Assembly: GCA_963779755.1 (NCBI GenBank)
Contig: CAVZZO010000001.1
Span: 1,536,001 to 1,600,000, forward strand
DNA: 64,000 nt
Source of the DNA: an uncultured Gemmatimonadales bacterium
GTDB taxonomy: Bacteria > Gemmatimonadota > Gemmatimonadetes > Gemmatimonadales > GWC2-71-9
Direction: 5' to 3'
Part shown: one piece after another, positions 29,607 to 37,679 of the stretch
How positions within the stretch are numbered: position 1 is the stretch's first letter
Layout: each line of letters begins with the position of its first letter
Translations under genes and position numbers: made by a program
The notes under the pieces: model-generated
Database searches by the model: none
The model's input: the letters and a program-made list of their open reading frames with translations, nothing else
Told to the model about the DNA's origin: nothing

Positions 29607-31001
29607 ATGAGGCTTTCATGTCTGACGGTCGCCGCCACGCTCGGACTCGCGGCGCCGCTGGCGGCATCCAGCGGGAGCCTGGATGGCGCGGCACGCGCCT
29701 ATGTCCGGACGGCCACCTTCCGGGATGAGGCGACGGCGCTGCACCGGAGCATTCCCAGTTTTTCGCGCCAGACGGGGCTGGCCTGCAGCGCCTGCCATAC
29801 CACATTTCCGCAACTCACCGTCTTCGGACGGCGCTTCAAGCTGAACGGATATACGCTCACCGGGATGGAGACCGTCACCGCCGGCGACAGCAGCAACGCG
29901 CTCAAGCTGGACCTGATCCCGCCGGTGTCCGCCATGGTGCAGGCTTCGCTTACCAGCACCAGCAAAGCGCAGCCCGGCACGCAGAACGGGGACGTGCAGT
30001 TTCCCCAGCAGCTGAGTCTCTTCGTGGGCGGCGCCATTACGCCGCGGCTGGGCACGTTTCTGCAGCTGACCTATGACCCGGCGGATGGCGGCATCGCGAT
30101 GGACAACATGGATGTCCGCTACGCCAATTCTGCCTCGCTGGGAACGAAGGACCTGATTTACGGTTTCACGCTCAACAACAATCCCACCGTCGAGGATCCC
30201 TACAACAGCGTCCCGGCATGGGGCTTTCCCTATGCTGCCTCGGCGGTCGCCCCCACCCCCGCGGCCGGAACTCTGGTGGATGGCGCGCTGGGCCAGGCAG
30301 TGGCGGGTCTGGGCGCGTACTCGTTTCTGGCCGGGCACCTGTATACCGAGGTGAGCCTCTACCGCTCCGCTTTCCAGGGCGGCCCCAATCCGCCCGATGC
30401 AGGCGCCGAAGGCACGATCAAAGGCGTGGCCCCCTACTGGCGCGCCGCCTGGGAGCAGAACCTGGGCGGCTCCATCCTCATGCTGGGAACGTATGGGATG
30501 CGGGCCACTCTGTATCCCTCCGGGATCTCCGGCATGACCGACCGCTTCACCGATGTCGCCATCGATGGCCAGTTCGAGCGCGCCATCGGCAACGGGAGCC
30601 TGACCGCCCACGCCACCTGGATTCACGAAAAGCAGGATCTGGCCGCCAGCTACGCCGCCGGCGACGCGGCGAATCCGTCGCGTACCCTGCGGACATTCCG
30701 GGCCGATGCGTCCTACTACACGCCGGGACGGGTGGGAGCCACGCTGGCCTGGTTCAACACCACAGGTGACAGCGACCCCGGTCTCTACCCCGCCGACCCG
30801 GTGACGGGCAGTGCCAGCGGAAGCCCTGACAGCCGGGGCTGGATCGGGCAGGTTTCCTATATGCCCTGGCTCAATACCCGGTTCGGCCTGCAGTATGTGG
30901 CCTACAGCAAGTTCAATGGCGGCGGCAGCAACTATGATGGGGCGGGGCGCAATGCGTCGGACAACAATACGCTCTATCTGATCAGCTGGCTGATGTTCTA
31001 G
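29607..31001 (+). CDS. cyc2: Cyc2-like outer-membrane monoheme cytochrome c-porin fusion
   Basis: GGAGG RBS, signal peptide, IPSFSRQTGLACSACHTTFPQLTVFGRRFKLNGY, then a beta-barrel ending DNNTLYLISWLMF. Confidence 0.85.
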   Translation: MRLSCLTVAATLGLAAPLAASSGSLDGAARAYVRTATFRDEATALHRSIPSFSRQTGLACSACHTTFPQLTVFGRRFKLNGYTLTGMETVTAGDSSNALKLDLIPPVSAMVQASLTSTSKAQPGTQNGDVQFPQQLSLFVGGAITPRLGTFLQLTYDPADGGIAMDNMDVRYANSASLGTKDLIYGFTLNNNPTVEDPYNSVPAWGFPYAASAVAPTPAAGTLVDGALGQAVAGLGAYSFLAGHLYTEVSLYRSAFQGGPNPPDAGAEGTIKGVAPYWRAAWEQNLGGSILMLGTYGMRATLYPSGISGMTDRFTDVAIDGQFERAIGNGSLTAHATWIHEKQDLAASYAAGDAANPSRTLRTFRADASYYTPGRVGATLAWFNTTGDSDPGLYPADPVTGSASGSPDSRGWIGQVSYMPWLNTRFGLQYVAYSKFNGGGSNYDGAGRNASDNNTLYLISWLMF

Positions 31002-31003
31002 GA

Positions 31004-31111
31004 GGCCCTAAAGGACTTCCTCGCGGCTTTCTATTGGAGGCCGCTCGGTCGCAGGACGGCCCTAAAGGACTTCCTCGCGGCTTTCTATTGGAGGCCGCTC
31101 GGTCGCAGGAC
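31004..31111. repeat. Perfect tandem duplication of a 54-bp hairpin-containing unit
   Basis: GGCCCTAAAGGACTTCCTCGCGGCTTTCTATTGGAGGCCGCTCGGTCGCAGGAC x2. Confidence 0.95.
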
Positions 31112-31229
31112 GGCAGGACGGCGGGATGGCGGGAAAGGGCGAACGGGAACGATTCCGTTTTCCCCTTCCCCTTTTCCCGGTTCCCGGTTCCCGCCTTACC
31201 TTCCGGATGTCCCCCGCCCGGAGTCTGCC

Positions 31230-32237
31230 ATGCTCCGCCTGCTCGCCCTCGGCGCGCTGCTCCTCATCCCCGCGGCATCGGCCGCCCAGTCGGTCCCCAT
31301 CAGGGAATGGCCCGTCCCCTGGCCCAACACCCGACCGCGCGATCCCTCTGTCGCGCCGGGGCAGGGGATCTGGTTCGTGGGGCAGGCCGGCGATTATCTG
31401 GCCCTGCTCGACCCGGCGACCGGCAAGTTCAAGCGATACGACCTGGACCCCGGTACCGGGCCGCACAATCTGGTCGTGGGGCAGGACGGCATGGTCTGGT
31501 ACACCGGGAACCGCGCGGCCCACATTGGCCGGCTCGATCCGGCTACCGGCACGGTCACGAAGTACCCCATGCCCGATCCCGCCGCCCGCGACCCCCACAC
31601 GCTGGTGTTCGATGCCGCGGGCGATCTCTGGTTCACCGTGCAGGGCGGCAATTTCGTGGGGAAACTGGAAACCGCTACCGGGCAGGTGCGTCTGCTCCCG
31701 GTTCCGACGCCCAACGCGCGCCCCTACGGCATCGTGCTGGACGCGTCGGGACGGCCCTGGGTGGCCGAGTTCGGGAGCAACAAGCTGGCGGTCATCGATC
31801 CCGCCACCATGCGGCTGGAAGAGGTTCCGCTTCCCCGGGCGCGCACCCGCCCCCGCCGGATTGCCTTTTCGCAGGGGGCGGTCTGGTACGTGGATTACGT
31901 GGGTGGGCGGCTGGGACGGGTAGACCCGGGCTCCCGGCGGGTCAGCGAATGGGAGATGCCCGAGGGAGAGCGGGCGCTGCCGTACGGCATGGCGGCGGAT
32001 GACCGGGGGCGGATCTGGTTCGTGGAAACGGGGCCCAGCCCCAACCGGCTGGTGGGGTTCGATCCGCGGCGGGAGCTCTTCTTCGGGAATACGCCGATTC
32101 CCAGCGGCGCCGGGGCGGTACGGAATATGTTCTACGATGAGCGCACGGGGATGCTCTGGTTCGGCACCGACCTGAACACCGTGGGTCGCGCGGAGGTGCG
32201 GGGCGTTCCCTCGACCGTCCCGCGTCCTCAGCCCTGA
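31230..32237 (+). CDS. Secreted Vgb (virginiamycin B lyase)-like beta-propeller
   Basis: Signal peptide; repeated P(H/Y)...G.(I/V)WF...GRLDP.TG blades. Confidence 0.85.
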   Translation: MLRLLALGALLLIPAASAAQSVPIREWPVPWPNTRPRDPSVAPGQGIWFVGQAGDYLALLDPATGKFKRYDLDPGTGPHNLVVGQDGMVWYTGNRAAHIGRLDPATGTVTKYPMPDPAARDPHTLVFDAAGDLWFTVQGGNFVGKLETATGQVRLLPVPTPNARPYGIVLDASGRPWVAEFGSNKLAVIDPATMRLEEVPLPRARTRPRRIAFSQGAVWYVDYVGGRLGRVDPGSRRVSEWEMPEGERALPYGMAADDRGRIWFVETGPSPNRLVGFDPRRELFFGNTPIPSGAGAVRNMFYDERTGMLWFGTDLNTVGRAEVRGVPSTVPRPQP

Positions 32238-32587
32238 GCCGTCCCCAGGGCATCGAGCTGCCGTGCCAGCGCGCCCGTGGTGACGGCCCAGTGGGACGCG
32301 TGCCATACCGGCCGGCCCCGCACCAGCAGGATGGCCTGGGGTGACTGGTGGCGGACCTTCAGCTCCTCGGCCAGGCGGCGCGCCAGCGGCCGCTCACTGA
32401 TCACATCCAGCAGATAGACCGGGGTCGCCGGGTGCTCCTCCGCGAAGCGCAGCACCTGGCGCAGCGCACGCCCGCTGGTCATGCAGATGGGGCTGTGCTT
32501 GTAGAGCACGCAGACGTCCTTTGCCAGTGCCTCGCGGACGGCGGGCTCGGTGCGTAGCGGTGTCAGGTTGCCCGGTTCGTCGCTCAC
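32228..32587 (-). CDS. YtxJ/BrxC-family (DUF2847) monothiol redox protein
   Basis: YKHSPIC..S, VRHQSPQ and WHASH motifs; GGAGG RBS before GTG. Confidence 0.85.
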   Translation of the reverse strand: MSDEPGNLTPLRTEPAVREALAKDVCVLYKHSPICMTSGRALRQVLRFAEEHPATPVYLLDVISERPLARRLAEELKVRHQSPQAILLVRGRPVWHASHWAVTTGALARQLDALGTAQG

Positions 32588-32661
32588 TGCGTCCTCCAGA
32601 GCCATCGGCGGGTGCCGTGCGTCACGTCGCCCCCGTCCGGGGTGCGCGTAATGTACGGACC

Positions 32662-33285
32662 ATGCGCAAGGGTGTTCTGTTCTTCCTGGTGATGCTGGCC
32701 GCCGCATCCTGCGGCCGGCCCGAAGCCGGCGGCCCGGCGGGCGCCGACAGTTCCGCCGCGGCGGAACCGGAGAGCGCCAGCGCCCCGGTACCCCCGGCCC
32801 ACTCCGCGGTGGCGCCCGATACCGTGACGCTTACCCCCGCGTTCAGTTCCGCGGGCCTGCTGGCCCGGGCCGACCTGCTCAACCTGGAGGCTATGCGGAC
32901 GGTGCGGTACGGGCTCGACCACATTCGCAACGAGATGATCCGTTCGCTTGCCTGGCGTCTGGCGGGAGACCACGCGGCCCTGCGGGATGAGTTCCGCCGC
33001 GTGGCCCGGGACGCCCGGGTGCGTACTAGTGTGGACCACAGGGCGGTGACCGTGCCGCCGGATGTGCTCCAGCGAGTGCGCGGCATCGAGGATGCTGCCC
33101 GGCAGAGCCGGGTATACCTGGACGAGCTGGATGCGCTCTACGCGGCCGATATCGGCGTTCTCCGCAGCGTGCTCATCCCGGCCGCCTACTCCAGCGATCT
33201 CCGGGATCTGCTGGGCCGCGATGCCGATATCCTGGCCGAGCACCGGCGGAAGGTGGACCGCCTGCGGGCGGCCCTCCCCCCCTGA
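32662..33285 (+). CDS. Helical lipoprotein, DUF4142-like
   Basis: LAAASC lipobox; ferritin-like helical pattern (IRSLAWRLAGDH...ILAEH). Confidence 0.6.
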   Translation: MRKGVLFFLVMLAAASCGRPEAGGPAGADSSAAAEPESASAPVPPAHSAVAPDTVTLTPAFSSAGLLARADLLNLEAMRTVRYGLDHIRNEMIRSLAWRLAGDHAALRDEFRRVARDARVRTSVDHRAVTVPPDVLQRVRGIEDAARQSRVYLDELDALYAADIGVLRSVLIPAAYSSDLRDLLGRDADILAEHRRKVDRLRAALPP

Positions 33286-33291
33286 CCGGCG

Positions 33292-33924
33292 TCAGCTGCC
33301 GCGCGTCGTCGCCTGCAGGTACGACAGAATCTGCCGGGTCTGCTCCGGGGTGGGCGGCGTCACCCGCATACGCTGCATGTTGGTTTCCATCCGGCGGAAC
33401 ACCGCCAGCCAGTCCTGCGACGCATGCACCCGCGGGTCGGGCAGGGCGTGGCAGCGGCTGCAGATCAGCGCGAAATCCTCGCGCCCTTCGCCGGCGGGGA
33501 GGTTGGCGCCGCTCACCTGCAGCGCGTGGTCCATCAGATACGAGAGGATAGCGGCACGCGCGCCCTGGTCCGGTACCGCGATGTTCAGGCTGGACGGCAA
33601 CATGTCCATCCGCAGCCACATCCGCCGCACCACGCCGGGCCAGTCGGTGGCGCTGTGCATGGTGGGTGCCGGAAGATTATGGCACTGGGCGCAATAGGTA
33701 GCGACCGCCTCGGCCCCGGTGCTGTGCGGGTCGGGCAGATCCGCGCCGGTGATGCCCGGCGGCGGGAGCGCGATCTTGGTGGCGGCGAGGAGGAGCTGGT
33801 CAGCGGGCGTCGCGGCGGTCTGCGTCGTGTCGCCGGCGTTCGTCGCCGCGGGATGTTCTTTGGGCTGGCAACCCGCCAGAAGGCAGGCACAGGCCAGAGT
33901 GCCGAGGATGTACCGCGACCGCAT
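33292..33924 (-). CDS. Diheme c-type cytochrome lipoprotein
   Basis: LLAGC lipobox; CAQCHNLPAPTMH..W and CSRCHALPDPRVH..W; AGGAGG RBS. Confidence 0.9.
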   Translation of the reverse strand: MRSRYILGTLACACLLAGCQPKEHPAATNAGDTTQTAATPADQLLLAATKIALPPPGITGADLPDPHSTGAEAVATYCAQCHNLPAPTMHSATDWPGVVRRMWLRMDMLPSSLNIAVPDQGARAAILSYLMDHALQVSGANLPAGEGREDFALICSRCHALPDPRVHASQDWLAVFRRMETNMQRMRVTPPTPEQTRQILSYLQATTRGS

Positions 33925-33965
33925 GGGTCCTCCTGGAAGTGGCAGGGGCGTGGTCTCTTTGATAA

Positions 33966-34002
33966 TGAATGGCCAATGAACCGGATCTGAAGGAAGTGTG
34001 AA
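33966..34002 (-). promoter_or_regulatory. Four TTCA half-sites at exact 11-bp periodicity upstream of the diheme cytochrome
   Basis: The minus strand reads TTCA-N7-TTCA-N7-TTCA-N7-TTCA. Confidence 0.65.
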
Positions 34003-34020
34003 GCGCGGCCGGGCGGCAGT

Positions 34021-34473
34021 TCAGCCGGGGCGGCCCCCCGCGCGCGCCTGCACCTGCTCTAGGAGTGTAATCAGGCCCGGGCCGATGCGCCGCAATTCGT
34101 CCTCATGGACGGCGCTCAGGGCGGCCAGCAGACGCTCGCCGCGCGCCGTCACCCGCAGCTGCACCCGCCTCCGGTCCTGGCGGTCGGCGCGCCGGCGCAG
34201 CAGCCCACGCCCCTCGAGTCGCTGCACCAGGCCTACCGCGCTGTGATGCCGGATCTGCAGTTGCTCGGCGAGATCGCCGATCGTCACGGCCGTGCCGGTG
34301 GGCGCTCCGCGAACCGCCAGCAGCGCCTGGTGCTGACGGGGACTCACGCCATGCGCCCGGGCCGCCTCCTCACTGAAGCGGAGGAACCGCCGCAGCGTAT
34401 GGCGCAGCCCCGCCAGGGTGCGGTACTCGCCGGGCCGGAGCCCGGGGCCGGGGGAGCTTCCTTTATATCGCAT
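34021..34473 (-). CDS. MarR-family transcriptional regulator
   Basis: LRRFLRFSEEAA, QHQALLAV, IGDLAEQL..RHHSAVGLV and DRRRV motifs. Confidence 0.9.
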   Translation of the reverse strand: MRYKGSSPGPGLRPGEYRTLAGLRHTLRRFLRFSEEAARAHGVSPRQHQALLAVRGAPTGTAVTIGDLAEQLQIRHHSAVGLVQRLEGRGLLRRRADRQDRRRVQLRVTARGERLLAALSAVHEDELRRIGPGLITLLEQVQARAGGRPG

Positions 34474-34484
34474 TACGATATAAA
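34462..34484. promoter_or_regulatory. AT-rich palindrome, probable MarR operator
   Basis: TTTATATCG-CATTA-CGATATAAA, a perfect 9-bp inverted repeat between the divergent marR and clc genes. Confidence 0.75.
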
Positions 34485-36296
34485 ATGTCGCCCATGTCGC
34501 CCGGACGCCACCCGCCCGCCCCGGCCGGTTCCCCGGAACTGCTGCGCCTCACCGTCATCGCCGCCGGTGTCGGCATCGGTTGCGGGGCAACGGCGTGGCT
34601 GCTGTACCGCCTCATCGGCCTGCTCTCCAACCTGGTCTTCTTCCAGCGCATCGCCTTCGATATTCCCGCGGTACAGCATCATCACCTCGGGGCGCTGGTC
34701 GTCGTCGTCCCCGCCCTGGGCGGCCTGGTAGTGGGCCTGATGGCGCGGTTCGGCAGCGACCGGATCCGCGGCCACGGCATTCCCGAGGCCATGGAGTCGG
34801 TGCTGTTCCAGCGCAGCCGGATCGCCCCCCGGGTCGCGCTGCTCAAGCCCATATCCGCCGCGATCGCCATCGGCACCGGGGGGCCCTTCGGGGCCGAGGG
34901 GCCGATCATCCAGACCGGTGGCGCCCTGGGCTCGGTGGTGGGCCAGACCATCCGGACCACCGCGGCGGAGCGAAAGGTGCTGCTGGCCTGCGGCGCCGCT
35001 GCCGGCATGGCGGCAACCTTCAGTACGCCGATCGCGGCGGTGATCCTTGCCCTGGAGCTGCTGCTGTTCGAATTCAAGGCCCGTTCCTTCATTCCCCTGG
35101 TTGTGGCCACCACGCTGGCCACCGCCATCCGTTTCGTTCTCATGGGCCCCGGTCCCATGTTTCAGGTGGCGCCGGCCGACTTCCGGATCTGGCATGCGCT
35201 GCCGGGCTATATCGTTCTCGGCCTCCTCTGCGGGTTGCTCGCGGTGGGATTCACCCGGATGTTCTACCGGGTCGAAGACTGGTTCGAGCGCCTGCCGCTG
35301 GACCGCACCTGGTGGCCCGCGATCGGCGGGCTGGGGCTGGGCCTCATCGCCCTGCTGGTCCCCCGGGTCCTGGGTGTCGGTTACGACACGATCTCCGACA
35401 TCCTGAATGCGCGGCTGGCGGTGCTGACCCTCCTGGGGATCCTGATCTTCAAGAGCCTGGCGCTCATGGTGTCGCTGGGCTCGGGGACCTCGGGCGGCCT
35501 GCTGGCACCGATGTTCATGGTTGGTGCGGCGCTGGGTGGTCTGTTCGCGGTGGGCACGAACGCCCTGATTCCGGGGGCGCATCTCGACCCGGGGGCCTGC
35601 GCCCTGGTGGCGATGGCCGCGGTCTTCGGTGCCGCGGCGCGGGCTACGTTCACCTTCATCATTTTCGGCTTCGAACTGACCCGCGACTACAACGCCATCC
35701 TTCCCCTGATGCTGGTCTGCGTCATTGCGGACGGCCTCGCGCTGCTCCTGATGCGCAACTCCATCATGACCGAGAAGCTTGCGCGCCGGGGCCTGGTGGT
35801 GAACCAGGAGTTCGAGACCGATGCTTTCCAGAACGTGCTGGTCTCGGAGGTCATGGACCGGGAGCTTCCGGCCGTGCCCGGCACGCTCCGCGTGGCCGAG
35901 CTGGTGGAGGCCATGGTGAGAGGGGACGCCGGCCCGGGGCGCGCCTCCGCCCAGCTGGTGCTGCAGCCCGACGGTTCCCTTGCCGGGATCGTGACCCGGT
36001 CGGATCTCCTGGCAGCGCTGGAGGAGGCACCCGCCGGCGATCCCACGGTGCAGGAGGCGGCAACGCGTGAGCTGGTGGTCGCCTGGCCCGACGAACGACT
36101 CAGTGAAGCGCTGACCCGGATGCTGCAACACGACGTCGGGCGGCTCCCGGTCGTGAGCCGGGAGGATCCCTCGCGGCCGGTGGGCTACCTTGGCCGCGCG
36201 GCCGTGCTGCGCGCCCGGCTGCAGCGCTACGAGGAAGAGCACATCCGGGATCACGGTTGGCTGACGTCCTGGCGGACGGGGGCGCAGCCGGGGTAG
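34485..36296 (+). CDS. CLC-family chloride channel/transporter with a CBS pair
   Basis: GHGIPE, GAEGPI and GGLLAP signatures; C-terminal CBS domains. Confidence 0.92.
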   Translation: MSPMSPGRHPPAPAGSPELLRLTVIAAGVGIGCGATAWLLYRLIGLLSNLVFFQRIAFDIPAVQHHHLGALVVVVPALGGLVVGLMARFGSDRIRGHGIPEAMESVLFQRSRIAPRVALLKPISAAIAIGTGGPFGAEGPIIQTGGALGSVVGQTIRTTAAERKVLLACGAAAGMAATFSTPIAAVILALELLLFEFKARSFIPLVVATTLATAIRFVLMGPGPMFQVAPADFRIWHALPGYIVLGLLCGLLAVGFTRMFYRVEDWFERLPLDRTWWPAIGGLGLGLIALLVPRVLGVGYDTISDILNARLAVLTLLGILIFKSLALMVSLGSGTSGGLLAPMFMVGAALGGLFAVGTNALIPGAHLDPGACALVAMAAVFGAAARATFTFIIFGFELTRDYNAILPLMLVCVIADGLALLLMRNSIMTEKLARRGLVVNQEFETDAFQNVLVSEVMDRELPAVPGTLRVAELVEAMVRGDAGPGRASAQLVLQPDGSLAGIVTRSDLLAALEEAPAGDPTVQEAATRELVVAWPDERLSEALTRMLQHDVGRLPVVSREDPSRPVGYLGRAAVLRARLQRYEEEHIRDHGWLTSWRTGAQPG

Positions 36297-36382
36297 CGGT
36301 GACGGTGCCTGCGCCGCGAACTTTGCAGTAGATTAGGCCTTCCGAAGCTGCCGGGGAGTCCTCCTCCAGAAGCGGAGTGGGC

Positions 36383-37597
36383 ATGACTGCTGGCTCAACC
36401 GCTGCCCTCGCGCCCCCGCGGTCGGGGCGGCAGAGCGCACCCGAACCCGCGCCGCCGGTGCAGGACTGGCCCGGCCCCGATGGGGTGCTGCCCGGGGGCC
36501 ACCGGCTGCTCTCCCTGGATGCGTTCCGCGGCCTCACGATTGCCGCGATGATCCTGGTGAACAACCCCGGCGACTGGGGAAATATCTACCCTCCGCTGGA
36601 GCATGCCGCCTGGAACGGCTGGACTCCCACCGACCTGATTTTCCCCTTCTTCATTTTCATCATGGGCGCGGCCATTCCCTATGCGCTCGGACGCCGGATG
36701 GAGCAGGGGGTGCTGCGCCGCCAACTGGTCACCAAGATCGTGGTCCGGGCCATCGTGCTGTTCGCCCTGGGCCTGGTGCTCAACACCTTTCCCGGGTTCG
36801 ACCTGAGCGGCATCCGGATCATGGGCGTGCTGCAGCGGATCGCGCTGGTCTATCTGGCCACCGGCCTGCTGTACATCTCGACGGGCGCGCGGCTCCAGGC
36901 GGTGCTCGCCGGGGTCCTCCTGGCCGGCTACTGGGCCCTGCTCCTGTTCGTGCCCGTGCCGGGTCACGGCGCGGGCGTTCTCGCGCGGGACGGCAACCTG
37001 AACCAGTATATCGATCTGCTCGTCCTGCGGGGACATACCTGGCTGCCCGACTGGGATCCCGAAGGCTTTGTCAGCACGCTTCCGGCCATCGTCTCCTGTC
37101 TCCTCGGCGTCATGGCCGGACGCTGGCTCCGCCGCGACCGGCGGGCCGGCGAGAAGGCCGCCGGGCTGCTCGTCTGGGGCCTGGTGGCGGTGGCGGCCGG
37201 ACTGGTGTGGAACCACTGGTTCCCCATCAACAAGAATCTGTGGAGCAGCTCCTTCGTGGTCTTCACCACCGGCGCCGCTCTGCTGGTGCTGGGACTCTGC
37301 TACTGGCTGATCGATGTGCGGGCGCGCGTGGCCTGGGCCTGGCCGTTTTTTGTCTTCGGGGCCAATGCGATTCTGGTCTATGTGGTCTCCGGCCTGGTGG
37401 GCCGGGTGCTGATCCACTGGGAGGTGCCGGCCCCGGCCGGGGGAACCATGGCGCTCCGGACCTGGCTGTACCAGCAGACCTTTGCCTGGTGGCTCAGCCC
37501 GGTCAACGCCTCGCTCGCCTGGGCCATCGCGTGGACGCTGCTGTGGCTGGGCCTGATGGCGGTGGCGTACCGGAGGCGGTGGTTTGTGAGGATCTAG
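36383..37597 (+). CDS. HGSNAT/NagX-like membrane acetyltransferase-family protein
   Basis: RLLSLDAFRG, MILVNNPG, HAAWNG.TPTDLIFPFF, GVLQRI, DPEG and PINKNLWS motifs. Confidence 0.9.
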   Translation: MTAGSTAALAPPRSGRQSAPEPAPPVQDWPGPDGVLPGGHRLLSLDAFRGLTIAAMILVNNPGDWGNIYPPLEHAAWNGWTPTDLIFPFFIFIMGAAIPYALGRRMEQGVLRRQLVTKIVVRAIVLFALGLVLNTFPGFDLSGIRIMGVLQRIALVYLATGLLYISTGARLQAVLAGVLLAGYWALLLFVPVPGHGAGVLARDGNLNQYIDLLVLRGHTWLPDWDPEGFVSTLPAIVSCLLGVMAGRWLRRDRRAGEKAAGLLVWGLVAVAAGLVWNHWFPINKNLWSSSFVVFTTGAALLVLGLCYWLIDVRARVAWAWPFFVFGANAILVYVVSGLVGRVLIHWEVPAPAGGTMALRTWLYQQTFAWWLSPVNASLAWAIAWTLLWLGLMAVAYRRRWFVRI

Positions 37598-37679
37598 TCG
37601 TTAGTCATTAGTCATTAGTCATTAGTCACTAACGACTAACGACTAACGACTAACGTCTAACGACTAGCGACTAACGACT
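37595..37679. repeat. Inverted pair of heptamer arrays, (TAGTCAT)n / (ACTAACG)n, between convergent genes
   Basis: Five left and about seven right units, read directly. Confidence 0.92.

Noticed and set aside
31004..31111. CRISPR array
   Set aside because: Only two abutting 54-bp units, with no spacers and no cas genes in the window.
31230..32237. Streptogramin B resistance gene
   Set aside because: Secreted Vgb-like propellers are a broad family, and resistance cannot be inferred from the fold.
34485..36296. Fluoride-specific CLC or fluoride riboswitch
   Set aside because: Neither CLC has the GNNLI/GREGT signatures, and no fluoride riboswitch motif was recognised upstream.
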